NCBI GenBank assembly: GCA_002269645.1
Contig: NIVC01003331.1
Span: 5,269 to 69,268, forward strand
DNA length: 64,000 nucleotides
DNA from: Macrostomum lignano
Lineage: Eukaryota
Direction of reading: 5' to 3'
A program made the position numbers and the translations under genes. The notes below the pieces were generated by a model. The model was not told where the DNA came from. It did no database searches and worked only from the letters and a program-made list of their open reading frames with translations. The first letter of the stretch is position 1. Each line of letters starts with the position of its first letter. Shown here piece after piece: positions 26,850-38,132 of the stretch.

Positions 26850-27924
26850 GCACGACCTTGGCCTGTCCCAACGATTGTGGCCTCTGCAAACGAGCGGCGA
26901 TGGCAACTGCCTTCTACATGCTATCAGTCTGAGCAGTCTAGGCTTCCACGATCGTCAATTGGTATTCCGAAGCGCGTTGCACGAATATTTGCTGTCTCAT
27001 AGTGCAGCTGTGTACAGGCGCTGGAGATGGCAGACAGCCCGGGAGCTGTACCGAGCCACGGGCCTGAGATTAAGCGAGTCGGAATGGCAATCGGAATGGA
27101 AATCGTTGCTACAACTGGCTAGCGCCCAGCCTAAGCAGCAACAACAGCAGCAGATCGGTCAGCAGCATCAGCATCAGCTGGATTCTCTAGAAGAAATCCA
27201 CGTATTCGTAGCCGCCAATGTATTCCGCCGGCCCATCATAGTGATAGCCGATCAGTTTGTCAAAGACTCCGAAGGTGACAATTTAGCTCCAATACCGTTT
27301 GCCGGAATCTATCTGCCGCTGTTAGAGAAACCAGAGCATTGTTCTAAGCATCCGGTATTGCTAGCCTACGATGCAGCTCATTTCTCCGCATTGGTTCCCA
27401 TGGAAACTGCTGTAAACTTGCCCTACGCTGTTCCATTGTGCTGCTGCGATCTGCACACCCCGCTGCCTCTGCACTTTAGCGCCGATCCCGGGCCGCACTG
27501 GAAATGGTCGTCGAAATCTGCCGCTGCGGCTGTTGTTAACGGCGCTCCAGTGGCGACGCCCGATACAGAAATGGGCGGCAGGCTTCGAGCTAAACTGCTG
27601 GCTTCTTATCTGAGATGCTCAACTCTGAGATTGCCTGTGGCTCCGCCGCAGCCGCTTCCGGCGGCTGTCGCTCAGGCTGCCGTTGCTGCTGTTACTCAAC
27701 GCCCAGTAGTAGTTGGACTAACTCGTTCGGGTAGTTCAGTTGGCAATGCGGCGCAGTTGTCTATGGCAACAGTCGGTGCTGTTTCAGCAGACGATAGCGG
27801 CTTTGTTGAGTATCAACAGCAGCAGCAGCAACAACAGTTGCATTCGCAGTTGCAGCAGAGATCTGCTACTCTGGACTGTCGTAGAATGCGCGGCGGTGTT
27901 GATGGATTGTATCCAGGGGGCATG
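26850..27924 (+). CDS. OTUD7: OTUD7-like exon 2, catalytic OTU domain
   Basis: Acceptor CCTAG|G restores W-HDLGLSQRLWPLQTSGDGNCLLHA. Also LEEIHVFVAANVFRRPIIVIAD and LAYDAAHFSALV (catalytic D, C and H intact). Donor ATG|GTGAGC. Confidence 0.95.
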
Positions 27925-27930
27925 GTGAGC

Positions 27931-30490
27931 TGCTGTAACATGTTGTGTAACAGATGCTGTAACATGTAGTGTAACAGATGCTGTAACATGTAGTGTAACA
28001 GCTACTGTAAAGTATAGTGTAACAGATGCTGTAACATGTAGTGTAACAGATGCTGTAACATGTAGTGTAACAGATGCTGTAACATGTAGTGTAACAGCTA
28101 CTGTACCATGTAGTGTAACAGCTACTGTAACATATAGTGTAACATCTACTGTAACATGTAGTGTAACAGCTACTGTAACATGTAGTGTAACAGCTACTGT
28201 AACATGTAGTGTAACAGCTACTGTAACATGTAATGTAACAGCTACTGTAACATACAGTGTAACAGATGCTGTAACATGTAGTGTAACAGCTACTGTAACA
28301 TATAGTGTAACATCTACTGTAACATATAGTGTAACATCTACTGTAACATATAGTGTAACAGCTACTGTAAAGTATAGTGTAACAGATGCTGTAACATACA
28401 GTGTAACAGCTACTGTAACATGTAGTGTAACAGCTACTGTAACATGTAGTGTAACAGCTACTGTAACATTTAGTGTAACAGCTACTGTAACATGTAGTGT
28501 AACAGCTACTGTAACATGTAGTGTAACAGCTACTGTAACATATAGTGTAACAGCTACTGTAACATGTAGTGTAACAGCTACTGTAACATGTAGTGTAACA
28601 GCTACTGTAACATGTAGTGTAACAGCTACTGTAACATATAGTGTAACAGCTACTGTAACATATAGTGTAACAGCTACTGTAACATGTAGTGTAACAGCTA
28701 CTGTAACATGTAGTGTAACATCTACTGTAACATGTAGTGTAACAGCTACTGTAACATGTAGTGTAACAGCTACTGTAACATATAGTGTAACAGATGCTGT
28801 AACAGCTGCTGTAACATGTAGTGTAACAGCTACTGTAACATATAGTGTAACAGCTACTGTAACATGTAGTGTAACAGCTACTGTAACATGTAGTGTAACA
28901 GCTACTGTAACATGTAGTGTAACAGCTACTGTAACATATAGTGTAACAGCTACTGTAACATGTAGTGTAACATCTACTGTAACATTTAGTGTAACAGTTA
29001 CTGTAAAGTATAGTGTAACATCTACTGTAACATATAGTGTAACAGCTACTGTAACATGTAGTGTAACAGCTACTGTAACATGTAGTGTAACATCTACTGT
29101 AACATGTAGTGTAACAGCTACTGTAACATGTAGTGTAACAGCTACTGTAACATACAGTGTAACAGCTACTGTAACATACAGTGTAACAGCTACTGTAACA
29201 TATAGTGTAACAGCTACTGTAACATGTAGTGTAACAGCTACTGTAACATGTAGTGTAACAGCTACTGTAACATGTAGTGTAACAGCTACTGTAACATATA
29301 GTGTAACAGCTACTGTAACATGTAGTGTAACAGCTACTGTAACATGTAGTGTAACATCTACTGTAACATGTAGTGTAACAGCTACTGTAACATGTAGTGT
29401 AACAGCTACTGTAACATATAGTGTAACAGATGCTGTAACAGCTGCTGTAACATGTAGTGTAACAGCTACTGTAACATATAGTGTAACAGCTACTGTAACA
29501 TGTAGTGTAACAGCTACTGTAACATGTAGTGTAACAGCTACTGTAACATGTAGTGTAACAGCTACTGTAACATATAGTGTAACAGATGCTGTAACAGCTG
29601 CTGTAACATGTAGTGTAACAGCTACTGTAACATATAGTGTAACAGCTACTGTAACATGTAGTGTAACAGCTACTGTAACATATAGTGTAACATCTACTGT
29701 AACATATAGTGTAACATCTACTGTAACATATAGTGTAACAGCTACTGTAAAGTATAGTGTAACAGATGCTGTAACATATAGTGTAACATCTACTGTAACA
29801 TATAGTGTAACAGCTACTGTAACATGTAGTGTAACAGCTACTGTAACATACAGTGTAACAGCTACTGTAACATACAGTGTAACAGCTACTGTAACATACA
29901 GTGTAACAGCTACTGTAACATATAGTGTAACAGCTACTGTAACATGTAGTGTAACAGCTACTGTAACATGTAGTGTAACAGCTACTGTAACATACAGTGC
30001 AACAGCTACTGTAACATATAGTGTAAGAGCTACTGTAACATGTAGTGTAACAGCTACTGTAACATATAGTGTAAGAGCTACTGTAAAGTATAGTGTAACA
30101 TCTACTGTAACATGTAGTGTAACAGCTACTGTAACATGTAGTGTAACAGCTACTGTAACATATAGTGTAACAGCTACTGTAACATGTAGTGTAACAGCTA
30201 CTGTAACATACAGTGTAACAGCTACTGTAACATACAGTGTAACAGCTACTGTAACATACAGTGTAACAGCTACTGTAACATATAGTGTAACAGCTACTGT
30301 AACATGTAGTGTAACAGCTACTGTAACATGTAGTGTAACAGCTACTGTAACATACAGTGCAACAGCTACTGTAACATATAGTGTAAGAGCTACTGTAACA
30401 TGTAGTGTAACAGCTACTGTAACATATAGTGTAAGAGCTACTGTAAAGTATAGTGTAACATCTACTGTAACATGTAGTGTAACAGTGTAA
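27931..30490. repeat. 24-bp minisatellite (two 12-bp subunits GTAACAGCTACT/GTAACATGTAGT) in OTUD7 intron 2, about 105 copies
   Basis: Period 24 verified. The array begins a few bp after the splice donor. Confidence 0.97.
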
Positions 30491-30561
30491 CGTAGTGGAT
30501 CATGTTATACTAGTACTAGTTTATCGTACTAACACCTACCCCTCCCGTTCTTGTTTCCCAG

Positions 30562-31023
30562 TCGCAGGGCCAACAGAACCCCAGCCGATCTCTTGGCCAT
30601 CAACTGCTCAAAGCCATGCAGCAGCGTCTACCAATTAGGCGAACAGGTAAATCTAGTAAATGGCCGTCAGTTGCAACGCCAGCTTCATCAGCTGATGCCT
30701 CGGTGGCGGACCAGGCGCTATTGGATAGCGCCTCAACCGGGTTGCTATGCGCCCACCTGGGCGTTACTAATCGACCGCCGCATTTCACTGACGCAGTTAG
30801 CAGCTACCTGACCTCGGCTATGGCTCGGTTCTCACAATTAGACGAATTACAGAAGCGCCGGTCTGCCGAAATTATCGACCAACAAATGCGCCGCTCGGCT
30901 CTGGTGCAGTGTGTCGGTCCGAACTGCGACATGTTCGCTCGAGAGGAGACCAATTTCCTGTGCTCTCGCTGTTACCAGGACCAGCAGTTGCTGATGAAGC
31001 AGATGCTTAATGACGATCATTGA
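30562..31023 (+). CDS. OTUD7: OTUD7-like terminal exon with C-terminal A20-type zinc finger
   Basis: Acceptor TTCCCAG|TCG is in frame (phase 0). CVGPNCDMFAREETNFLCSRCY is a C4 A20 zinc finger. Spliced CDS is 2127 nt (708 aa + stop). Confidence 0.92.
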   Translation, partial: SQGQQNPSRSLGHQLLKAMQQRLPIRRTGKSSKWPSVATPASSADASVADQALLDSASTGLLCAHLGVTNRPPHFTDAVSSYLTSAMARFSQLDELQKRRSAEIIDQQMRRSALVQCVGPNCDMFAREETNFLCSRCYQDQQLLMKQMLNDDH

Positions 31024-31210
31024 GCAGCTTTTTTGGTTTGTTAAACAGTTAGACTGTCGATAAAACTCTGTTCGATTCTTGTTCTCGTCCTTCATTTTTT
31101 ATACTATAAATCGCTTGTTTCCAGTCAATGTTTTTGTTTCATTTTGCATATCTACATCGCAGGGTTGGGCGCATCTCTGACTCTTGCCTGTGTACACCCT
31201 GTGTGAGCGT

Positions 31211-31498
31211 GCGGGTTGTAGCCTAGTAGTCAGAGCGTCGGACTCACAACTTGAAGGTTGGGAGTTCGATTCCCGATCCCACTGAACCAATTTGTATCCT
31301 TGAGCACAAGATACTTAACTCTGCATTGCTTCAGTTCACCCAGCTGTAAAATGGGTGCCAGCATTAGCTGGGGTAATTGAGGGTGTGTGGCGACCCCCCA
31401 GTCCTTGGACTGAACAGCCGTACATAAGGTTATGGTTAAAGCGCTCTAGTTAGCCAGAAGCATATTGTACCCCTTTTAAACTTAACTTAAACTTAACT
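31211..31498 (+). mobile_element. tRNA-derived SINE with Nin/Deu-like central domain
   Basis: tRNA-like head with A box (TAGCCTAGTAG) and B box (GAGTTCGATTCC). It is followed by TGTATCCTTGAGCACAAGATACTTAACTCTGCATTGCTTCAGTTCACCCAGCTGTAAAATGGGTGCC and a (TTAAAC/TTAAC)n tail. Confidence 0.7.
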
Positions 31499-32252
31499 AC
31501 TGAGTAAATCTAAAACACACTATATTAAAATATGCCATTAGTCATTCTTTGCAATATATTTATTTACTTATTTTTGTTTCTCAAGTTAAGTTTAGCAGGT
31601 CGAGGTGTTCCTTACTCATTTAAAAGAATAAATATAGATAATTTTATATATTATTAAGCATACAGCTATTTTCTATTTTCCGATAGTCCATAAATTGACA
31701 ATATGAATTTGGCCAAAATAAACTAACAATCTCTTTGTCTTGATAATCATTATATTCATGTCATCGGAATTCGACTGTTATACCTCAATAAAAAACTTAT
31801 TCAAGCTGCAATCAATTTTATTGCTTGAAGTGAAGAGACAACTTTTTATTTTATGCCTACAGAATAAAGTATTAATTATCCTGTTATCATAATTTTTGTA
31901 CTTTCATAATGCTAGTCGCTTTAATGTTGTTAATAAATGTGGTGACCTTTTTTCTTTAATTTAAGTTGCAATTGCACTTAGAAAAAAAGAATCTATTATT
32001 TTTCATATTTTCCACTTTCAACTATTGAATAGTTGAAATAGTTCGATACCTTTGCAATTTCGCAATTGCAAAGGTATCGAATGAATTTTTTTGCAATTAG
32101 GCTTTAAATATTTTTTTTAAAATAAGTGTTACTTTAATATAAAGTACTTCAATTAGCGCGATGGGATTGAATACTCAAAGGTTACATATATTGATATAGC
32201 ATTTTGCTTATCTCTCTAACCCAAGTCTCACTCATTTGTATTAATAACATCG

Positions 32253-32284
<32 letters not shown>

Positions 32285-33184
32285 TCTGCCACTTTTTGCA
32301 ATACGTCAGCTATAGTTAGTATTTTCCGCAACACTCACACTGCACTGCTTACTTTATTATTAAAGTAGTAATATCAAAAGTTTATAGATCGTCTTTTTCT
32401 GAATTGTACCGCAAGAGTCTGTGTTGGCTACAGCTTTGCTTTCGCTTTATTCTGTCAGTCTGTGAATCTGAGCTTCAAAGTCTATATAATGTTACCTAAG
32501 TCAGTTATTACCTGGACAGACCTACCTGGTGTGTTTCAAAGAAAATAGATTTAACAATTTATTTTGCAGAGCAACGCGTCTGGCTTTGCTTTAAAACTAT
32601 TGCTTTAATAAATCTCAAATTTATTTGTGAGACTTGACGTTAATTAATTTCTGAATACAGTGTGTTTAGTAGGATTTAGAGGTTGGAAGTCCCAGATATC
32701 TAAGATATCGAAATTATTAAAAGCCTATAAAATTCCATAGTTAACGGTATTAATTACTTAGTATTACTACCGATGATATAGTTAAGAATGAGAACCGGCT
32801 GGGAATGCTGCAGCGCTATAAGGGTGCCTCAGGGGCCAGATAGGTAATTCAGCTCTTGTCTGCTGACCAGATGAGAGTGGAAAGGAAAGGGAATAGAAGA
32901 CGAAAGATGAGAGAAGAGAGGAGAGGCGGGGAATGAGATGAGAGCTTGTCGCTCGCACTAGTCGTAAAAGTACAATCTTATCAATTTTATAAATTACAGT
33001 CTCAAATAGTAGATACTATGTACATTTAAATGACGCTTACTATAAGTCCAAGTCACTTTAGGCCACTCAAGCATTTCTTGATACATAAGCAACCGTAACA
33101 GCCAAGTTATACCCTATTATCAATTTGACACAAGCACAGGTTCTCATTGAAATCTAATTTTATGCCAAACTACACTTCACTACT

Positions 33185-34828
33185 ATGCCAAGCCGTGGAG
33201 AAGCAATAAAAAAACAACGCGAAACTTGCAGCGTCAAATCTTGCGACAATCCATCAGTAGAAGTTGGCTTAGTCGGTAACAATAAAGTTCTTTGCCAGGA
33301 GCACCTGGATAATGAGTCCGAGACAGTGCGCAAGCAAGCAGCTGATGTATCGTGGAAAATGAGACAGCTAGTTCCCGTAGCAAAACAACGAGCAAAGATG
33401 ACGAAGGAACTGCAGGCTCTTACCATCGAGGTGCAGGAAGTCAACGAAATGTTCAACGCAGTTCAGGAAAAATTGCAGCAGTGGCGCCAGAAAACGGTGA
33501 ACCGACTGCAGTTGGTGCACCAATCGGTGGCAGAGAGGCTGACAGACGCTGACGAAGCTGAGACCCGCGAGAAGGAGGCCTCGCTCGCCCTGGCCGCCCA
33601 GGAGATAAAAAAGTTGGCGGAGCTATCCAAGAAAAACAGCGCCTGGCTTGTAGACGCTTCTAAACGATGCAAAGATTTTAATAACAAGCGATACGAACTT
33701 CGAGAGTTTCAGCGTGACTACATCGACGCTGGTCCTAGAGCCGAGATGCGGCTAAGGTCGTTTGGCGACGTGGCCGCTGGAGTGCAACAGTTCCAGTCTA
33801 CAATTGACGACCATATGACCAGCGTGATGACCGACTGCTGGCTTGATTTGGACAATAACGGTGACGATATCGATGATCTTGATATCACGCCTGTTTCATC
33901 CAATCAAGTGTTCCAGGTGAATCTTCAGTCTGAGCCGAAGTTCTTGGCAGCCTGTAGCAACACAGCTGGCTTTGTAGTCAATTCGGTCGGTTTTGTAAAG
34001 CGATCAGCTGATTGCACTGGCCGCGGCAACGTTAGACCTCTTGGCGCACCGTGCGTATTTTTCGAAAGACAAACCGACGAAAAGCAGAGCATTCTGGCGT
34101 TTTCAGCTGAGCTTAAAAAAGTTTTGAATGTCGAGTGCGATTTCAGCTCAACGTCAGGTAAAATCACTGGGCTGCACTGTGACAGCAACCGGCAGCAGTT
34201 GTTTGTGACGCATCGCAGCACTGTAACTGTGACTGACCTTAGCGGCGGTTTGGTCAAAGTGATCAGTGGCAGCAGCTTTGACGGCGTCAGCAGATCGTTC
34301 GACGCCATTGCGGGCAATTCTGACAAGCTTTGCTTCCTTGATTTGGCAAAGCAGTGCGTTTTTTCTATCGACAAAGACTCTTCTGAATTGCTGTCAGTGA
34401 TTGACTTGTGGCCTCTTCACGATAAAGGAATTTTCTTCACCGATCTAGCTCTTGTCGGCAGCAAATTGCTGCTGTTTAACTGGGGCGTTCTTGAATCGGT
34501 GCTGAAAATCTGCGGCATCACTGGCCAAGCCATCAGTTCGCTGCCGGACAAAGACTCCGACGATGACGAGGAACCCGTTGACGCGGCCGCGAGAGTTAGG
34601 AGGCTGGCCATTGATAGCAAAGGCTTCATTGTTAAATTGACCGGCAATGAAATTGTCATCTCAACTGGCAATGATGTTTTTGTTGACTCGTTTGAGCTTC
34701 CTGTCAAGGAGACTGGACTTTGTGGCCATATTGAACGTCTGGAGCTGGTTGAAAAAGACAACGCGAGGTGGTTGGCCTTCACTTCTAATAGGAACCGGTT
34801 GGTCCTTCTGAAGTTGGCTTATAATTAG
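33185..34828 (+). CDS. Intronless 547-aa protein: Cys/His finger (B-box-like) + coiled coil + NHL-like beta-propeller (TRIM-like, no RING)
   Basis: Long ORF with coding-like composition; CSVKSC...LCQEH; heptad-rich region of ~140 aa; blade-like repeats (ITGLHCDSNRQQLFVT, RRLAIDSKGFIV). Confidence 0.8.
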   Translation: MPSRGEAIKKQRETCSVKSCDNPSVEVGLVGNNKVLCQEHLDNESETVRKQAADVSWKMRQLVPVAKQRAKMTKELQALTIEVQEVNEMFNAVQEKLQQWRQKTVNRLQLVHQSVAERLTDADEAETREKEASLALAAQEIKKLAELSKKNSAWLVDASKRCKDFNNKRYELREFQRDYIDAGPRAEMRLRSFGDVAAGVQQFQSTIDDHMTSVMTDCWLDLDNNGDDIDDLDITPVSSNQVFQVNLQSEPKFLAACSNTAGFVVNSVGFVKRSADCTGRGNVRPLGAPCVFFERQTDEKQSILAFSAELKKVLNVECDFSSTSGKITGLHCDSNRQQLFVTHRSTVTVTDLSGGLVKVISGSSFDGVSRSFDAIAGNSDKLCFLDLAKQCVFSIDKDSSELLSVIDLWPLHDKGIFFTDLALVGSKLLLFNWGVLESVLKICGITGQAISSLPDKDSDDDEEPVDAAARVRRLAIDSKGFIVKLTGNEIVISTGNDVFVDSFELPVKETGLCGHIERLELVEKDNARWLAFTSNRNRLVLLKLAYN

Positions 34829-35464
34829 CACGATTTAACATTTCCATGATGGTGCTTCATTTGACTTGTCACTTAGCAAGCGTTTCATTGGCTTAGGCTT
34901 TTATCTTAATTAGTCTGAAATTTGTTTGTTTTCTTTTTAGTTAGCCCGTAAAATAGTAAAACACTAAAATTCGGTTAAAGTGTTGGTCATTTCAATGATT
35001 CCACCAGTCCCATGTTTACTCAGTTTTTATCACATTTAAGGCTCAATTCGAGTCGCATTTTTTGTTTGTGGTTTCTTTTGTTAGACGTTTGGTGCATTTT
35101 CGTACATTTCGTTTTATGTTTTTCTTAACCCACAAAGCAGTTGATGTTTTACTGGGTTTCTTATAATTTCTAAAATTTTCCAAGTTTAAGATCTTCCTAT
35201 TCGTTGTTTTTATGTTCATTTACAGTTTATGTGTGTTATTGCTTGTAAGCATTTATTGTTTACAAAATATATCTTATTTTTCGTTCTGTGTTGTTGTTTT
35301 AAAAAAAATGCTATTGCTCTTGGCCGTTGGCCTGATCTAATTCACTGACGTTATTAACACTTCTGTATCTATTATCAGGTGAGGCCAAGATAGGTTAAGC
35401 AATGAGTCATTAAGGCTACAATTCATAAAGCAATTAAAAGCAATGCTAGAATCTAGGAAGATCA

Positions 35465-35722
35465 GAGAGTGAGAATACAGAAGAGAGAAGAAAGGTAAGG
35501 GGGAGAAGAGAGTGAGGGAGAGGAGGGGGAGAGAGAAGAGGGGGAAGAGAGAGGAAAGGGAGAAAAGAGAAAGGAAAGGAGGGAGAGAGAGGAGAGAGGA
35601 AAAGACCGGAGAGGGGAAAAGAGAGAAGGGGGGAAGAGAGAGGAGAAAGGAGAGTGTAGAGGGGGAGAAGAGAGTGAGGGAGAGGAAGGGAGAGGGGACA
35701 GGAGAAGAGAGAGGTGAGAGAG
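35465..35722. repeat. GA-rich polypurine tract
   Basis: Direct read of the sequence. The overlapping ORFs are artefacts. Confidence 0.9.
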
Positions 35723-35729
35723 CCACAAA

Positions 35730-35817
35730 CCTTTAGCGGGCCGAATTGCTATTTTGAAGTTTCAAAGAACCCGAGGGCCGGATAGAGAGGCTTCGCGGGC
35801 CGGAGTGCCGACCCCTG
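35730..35817 (-). mobile_element. Possible solo hAT/MITE terminus (CAGGGGTCGGCAC...GGCCCGCG)
   Basis: Resembles hAT-family CAGGGGTCGGCAA termini. No partner TIR was found. Confidence 0.3.
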
Positions 35818-36262
35818 CGCTAAACTATGTACATTTCCTAAGTAAAACCATTATACTGTATCTAGCTTTTAATTTGAACGAACGAAAGCATTTCCTAAGG
35901 TAAATTATATTTGAATGGATAAAGAAAAGCTTCATCAATATGCATATGCTTCGAAACAGCCTGTCAGCTGGCTTAATTCACGCCAATTCATGAGAATTCA
36001 AATAGCATGCCTCTTGTTGAAGACATCTCTTCTCTTCTCTTTTTCTTTTGATTAAAATTCAGAAGCCAGAAACACATAAGAGCTTTCAGTTTGATAATGG
36101 CTTGGGAATTGTCACAGCTGGCATCTGCAAATAAAAAATGCTTGTCAGTCACGCTGATTCCCAATTATCTTTAATAGCGTGAAAAACAGCAAAAAAATTA
36201 AAGAGAAAATTTGCATGATACGACATCTCAAAGCTATAGAACGGTTGTCAAGTTCGACGACA

Positions 36263-37321
36263 ATGTGTCTAATAGCCAGAATTCGATTCGCCATGCTGCT
36301 AGTTAGCGCATGGCCGTTACTATCGGCTGTTGACTGCGCTAAACAGTGGTGCAAATACTTCTCACCGCTGTGCATCAACGAGAGCTCCTCTCTGAGTTCG
36401 TGGCAATCCCAAAACCTGCAAAGCTGCATGCTCAAAGCGTCGAGCACCGGCCATTCTGATGACGACCTCGTCCTGCAGTGGGACAGGCAGACAGGTGCGT
36501 GCTCGCTCTTCCACTACCAGCGCGTGTGCCGCGTCCTGCAGTCAGTTGAAGCCCAGCTAATTGGCACTGACCAGGTGCTGAGCAGCAAGCAAGAAGCGGC
36601 GCAGTGTTATGTGTTTCGAACCAAATCGTTGACAAACTGCGATACCTCGGTGCACGACCGACTACTGGGTCTGTGGCTGGCTGGAGGCGGACACCGATTT
36701 GGCAACCTGGCGTGCCAGGGCGATGCTCCGGGAAGCAGCGGCAGCAGCCATCGACTGGAAAGTGGGAACCTGCAGTGGACCGAAGAGGGCGCCGTGTTCG
36801 ACGGGGTGTCCTCATATGCGCTGCTCAACGACAGTCGCTTCTCTGGAGCCGCCTTTGCTGGCGGGTTCACTTGGCTGATGCGGCTGAAGAGAAAGCCAAG
36901 GGTCCAGCCGTTCATAGAGGCGGTGTCTTGCTCCGATCCTGTCAGCATAACTTTCGGTCCTCATCTGTGGGAATACAGTCAAGCAGGCCAACTCTATTTT
37001 AATGCAAGGAACTATTACTACGTAAAATCTGCAGTCGGACTGCTATCTTTAGATGAAAACACCTGGATGGACGTGGCGTTTTCTGCTACCGTTTCTTACA
37101 CTGCAGAATCTGCCCTATTTTATAACAAAGGGTTTATTGTACCCTCTGCAGTTGGGTCGGCAGTTCTCGGCGGATCTCCTTCGTGTTTTGCTGTTTCGAT
37201 CGGCCGTCGCTTCTATGCTGGACACACTGCCCATTTAATAGGCGTTGTTTCTGCTGTGGCTATCGCCAATTTCAGCATGAATGAGAAACAGATTAACAAC
37301 TTTTTCAGCGCTTTGCCTTGA
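36263..37321 (+). CDS. Secreted protein: signal peptide + PAN/Apple-like module + LamG/concanavalin-A-like domain
   Basis: ATG at 36263 then MCLIARIRFAMLLVSAWPLLSAVDC; SCMLK...LQWDRQTGACSLF; GAVFDGVSSYALL...FTW...NTWMDVAF...VSIGRR...GVVSAVAIANFSMNEKQI fits LamG3. Confidence 0.75.
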   Translation: MCLIARIRFAMLLVSAWPLLSAVDCAKQWCKYFSPLCINESSSLSSWQSQNLQSCMLKASSTGHSDDDLVLQWDRQTGACSLFHYQRVCRVLQSVEAQLIGTDQVLSSKQEAAQCYVFRTKSLTNCDTSVHDRLLGLWLAGGGHRFGNLACQGDAPGSSGSSHRLESGNLQWTEEGAVFDGVSSYALLNDSRFSGAAFAGGFTWLMRLKRKPRVQPFIEAVSCSDPVSITFGPHLWEYSQAGQLYFNARNYYYVKSAVGLLSLDENTWMDVAFSATVSYTAESALFYNKGFIVPSAVGSAVLGGSPSCFAVSIGRRFYAGHTAHLIGVVSAVAIANFSMNEKQINNFFSALP

Positions 37322-37395
37322 GCCCTCTTTATCATGTAAATTCGAATTCGAATTAGCACTCTATTTTCTTAATAAAGCTCATTGTCAAGCTGTCA

Positions 37396-37627
37396 AGCAT
37401 TGTTATAAAACCGCGCGTCGAGAGGCATTACTGCCCATCCCGCCGACTCCCCCTGAGCAGACATACGCACAGGCACACACTCACACAGGAATGTACAGAG
37501 GCCCGGACTTAATTTATCGTTAGGCATGTACACTTCACTGCGCCTTGGGGGTTGGTCCTCAAGACCATTAATTGCACGAGATTCCAATTGTGCCCCAAAT
37601 TAACGCGACTGCACTTGGAATCGAGCT
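37396..37627 (-). mobile_element. Dispersed SINE-like repeat, copy 1 of 4
   Basis: Shares GCTCGATTCCAAGTGCAGTCGC.TTAATTTGGG...GTACATGCCTAACGATAAA...TGTGTGAGTGTGTGCCTGTGCG with the copies at 42.6, 46.6 and 57.3 kb. Confidence 0.8.
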
Positions 37628-38132
37628 ATACGTGATGTACCTGTTTTGATGTTCGCTAGACGCTTATGCCTTGGATCAAAAAAATCATTTGTTTGTTATA
37701 ATTTAGCACTGCGCGTTCTTCGCGTATCACACACTGAGCCCTGTTTTGTCAAAATTTCCACCAAGAATCGCTGGAAACTTATGAGCATTGCTAATTTATT
37801 TTGTTATAAAAATAAAAAAAATAAATTTTTGATTTGCTACAAATTTGCTCTTCTTTTTCTTTTTTATTGAAAAGAGCAACATTAATTATTTTGTTAAATC
37901 CATAATCTTAAGCCGATATAAATACTCATAAACACAAAACTTAGTTATGTAAGTTAATATAATTTTCCGAAATTTAATTTACATAAAAGATAAATAAGCG
38001 TTACAGTTCTGAACAATATCGTCATGTTGCAATCAGCTGTAAAGTAGAAAAATATTAGAAACGATCATAGCATAACGAAACCGGCAATTCACAAGCAAAG
38101 ACTCAGAATTCGAATGCTGCAGTATAAAAGGT

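Noticed and set aside
27925-27969. Cys-rich C-terminus VSCCNMLCNRCCNM of the 364-aa ORF
   Set aside because: This is read-through into intron 2 and its satellite after the ATG|GTGAGC donor.
31211-31283. Functional tRNA gene
   Set aside because: The acceptor and anticodon stems pair poorly and the sequence continues into a SINE body and tail.
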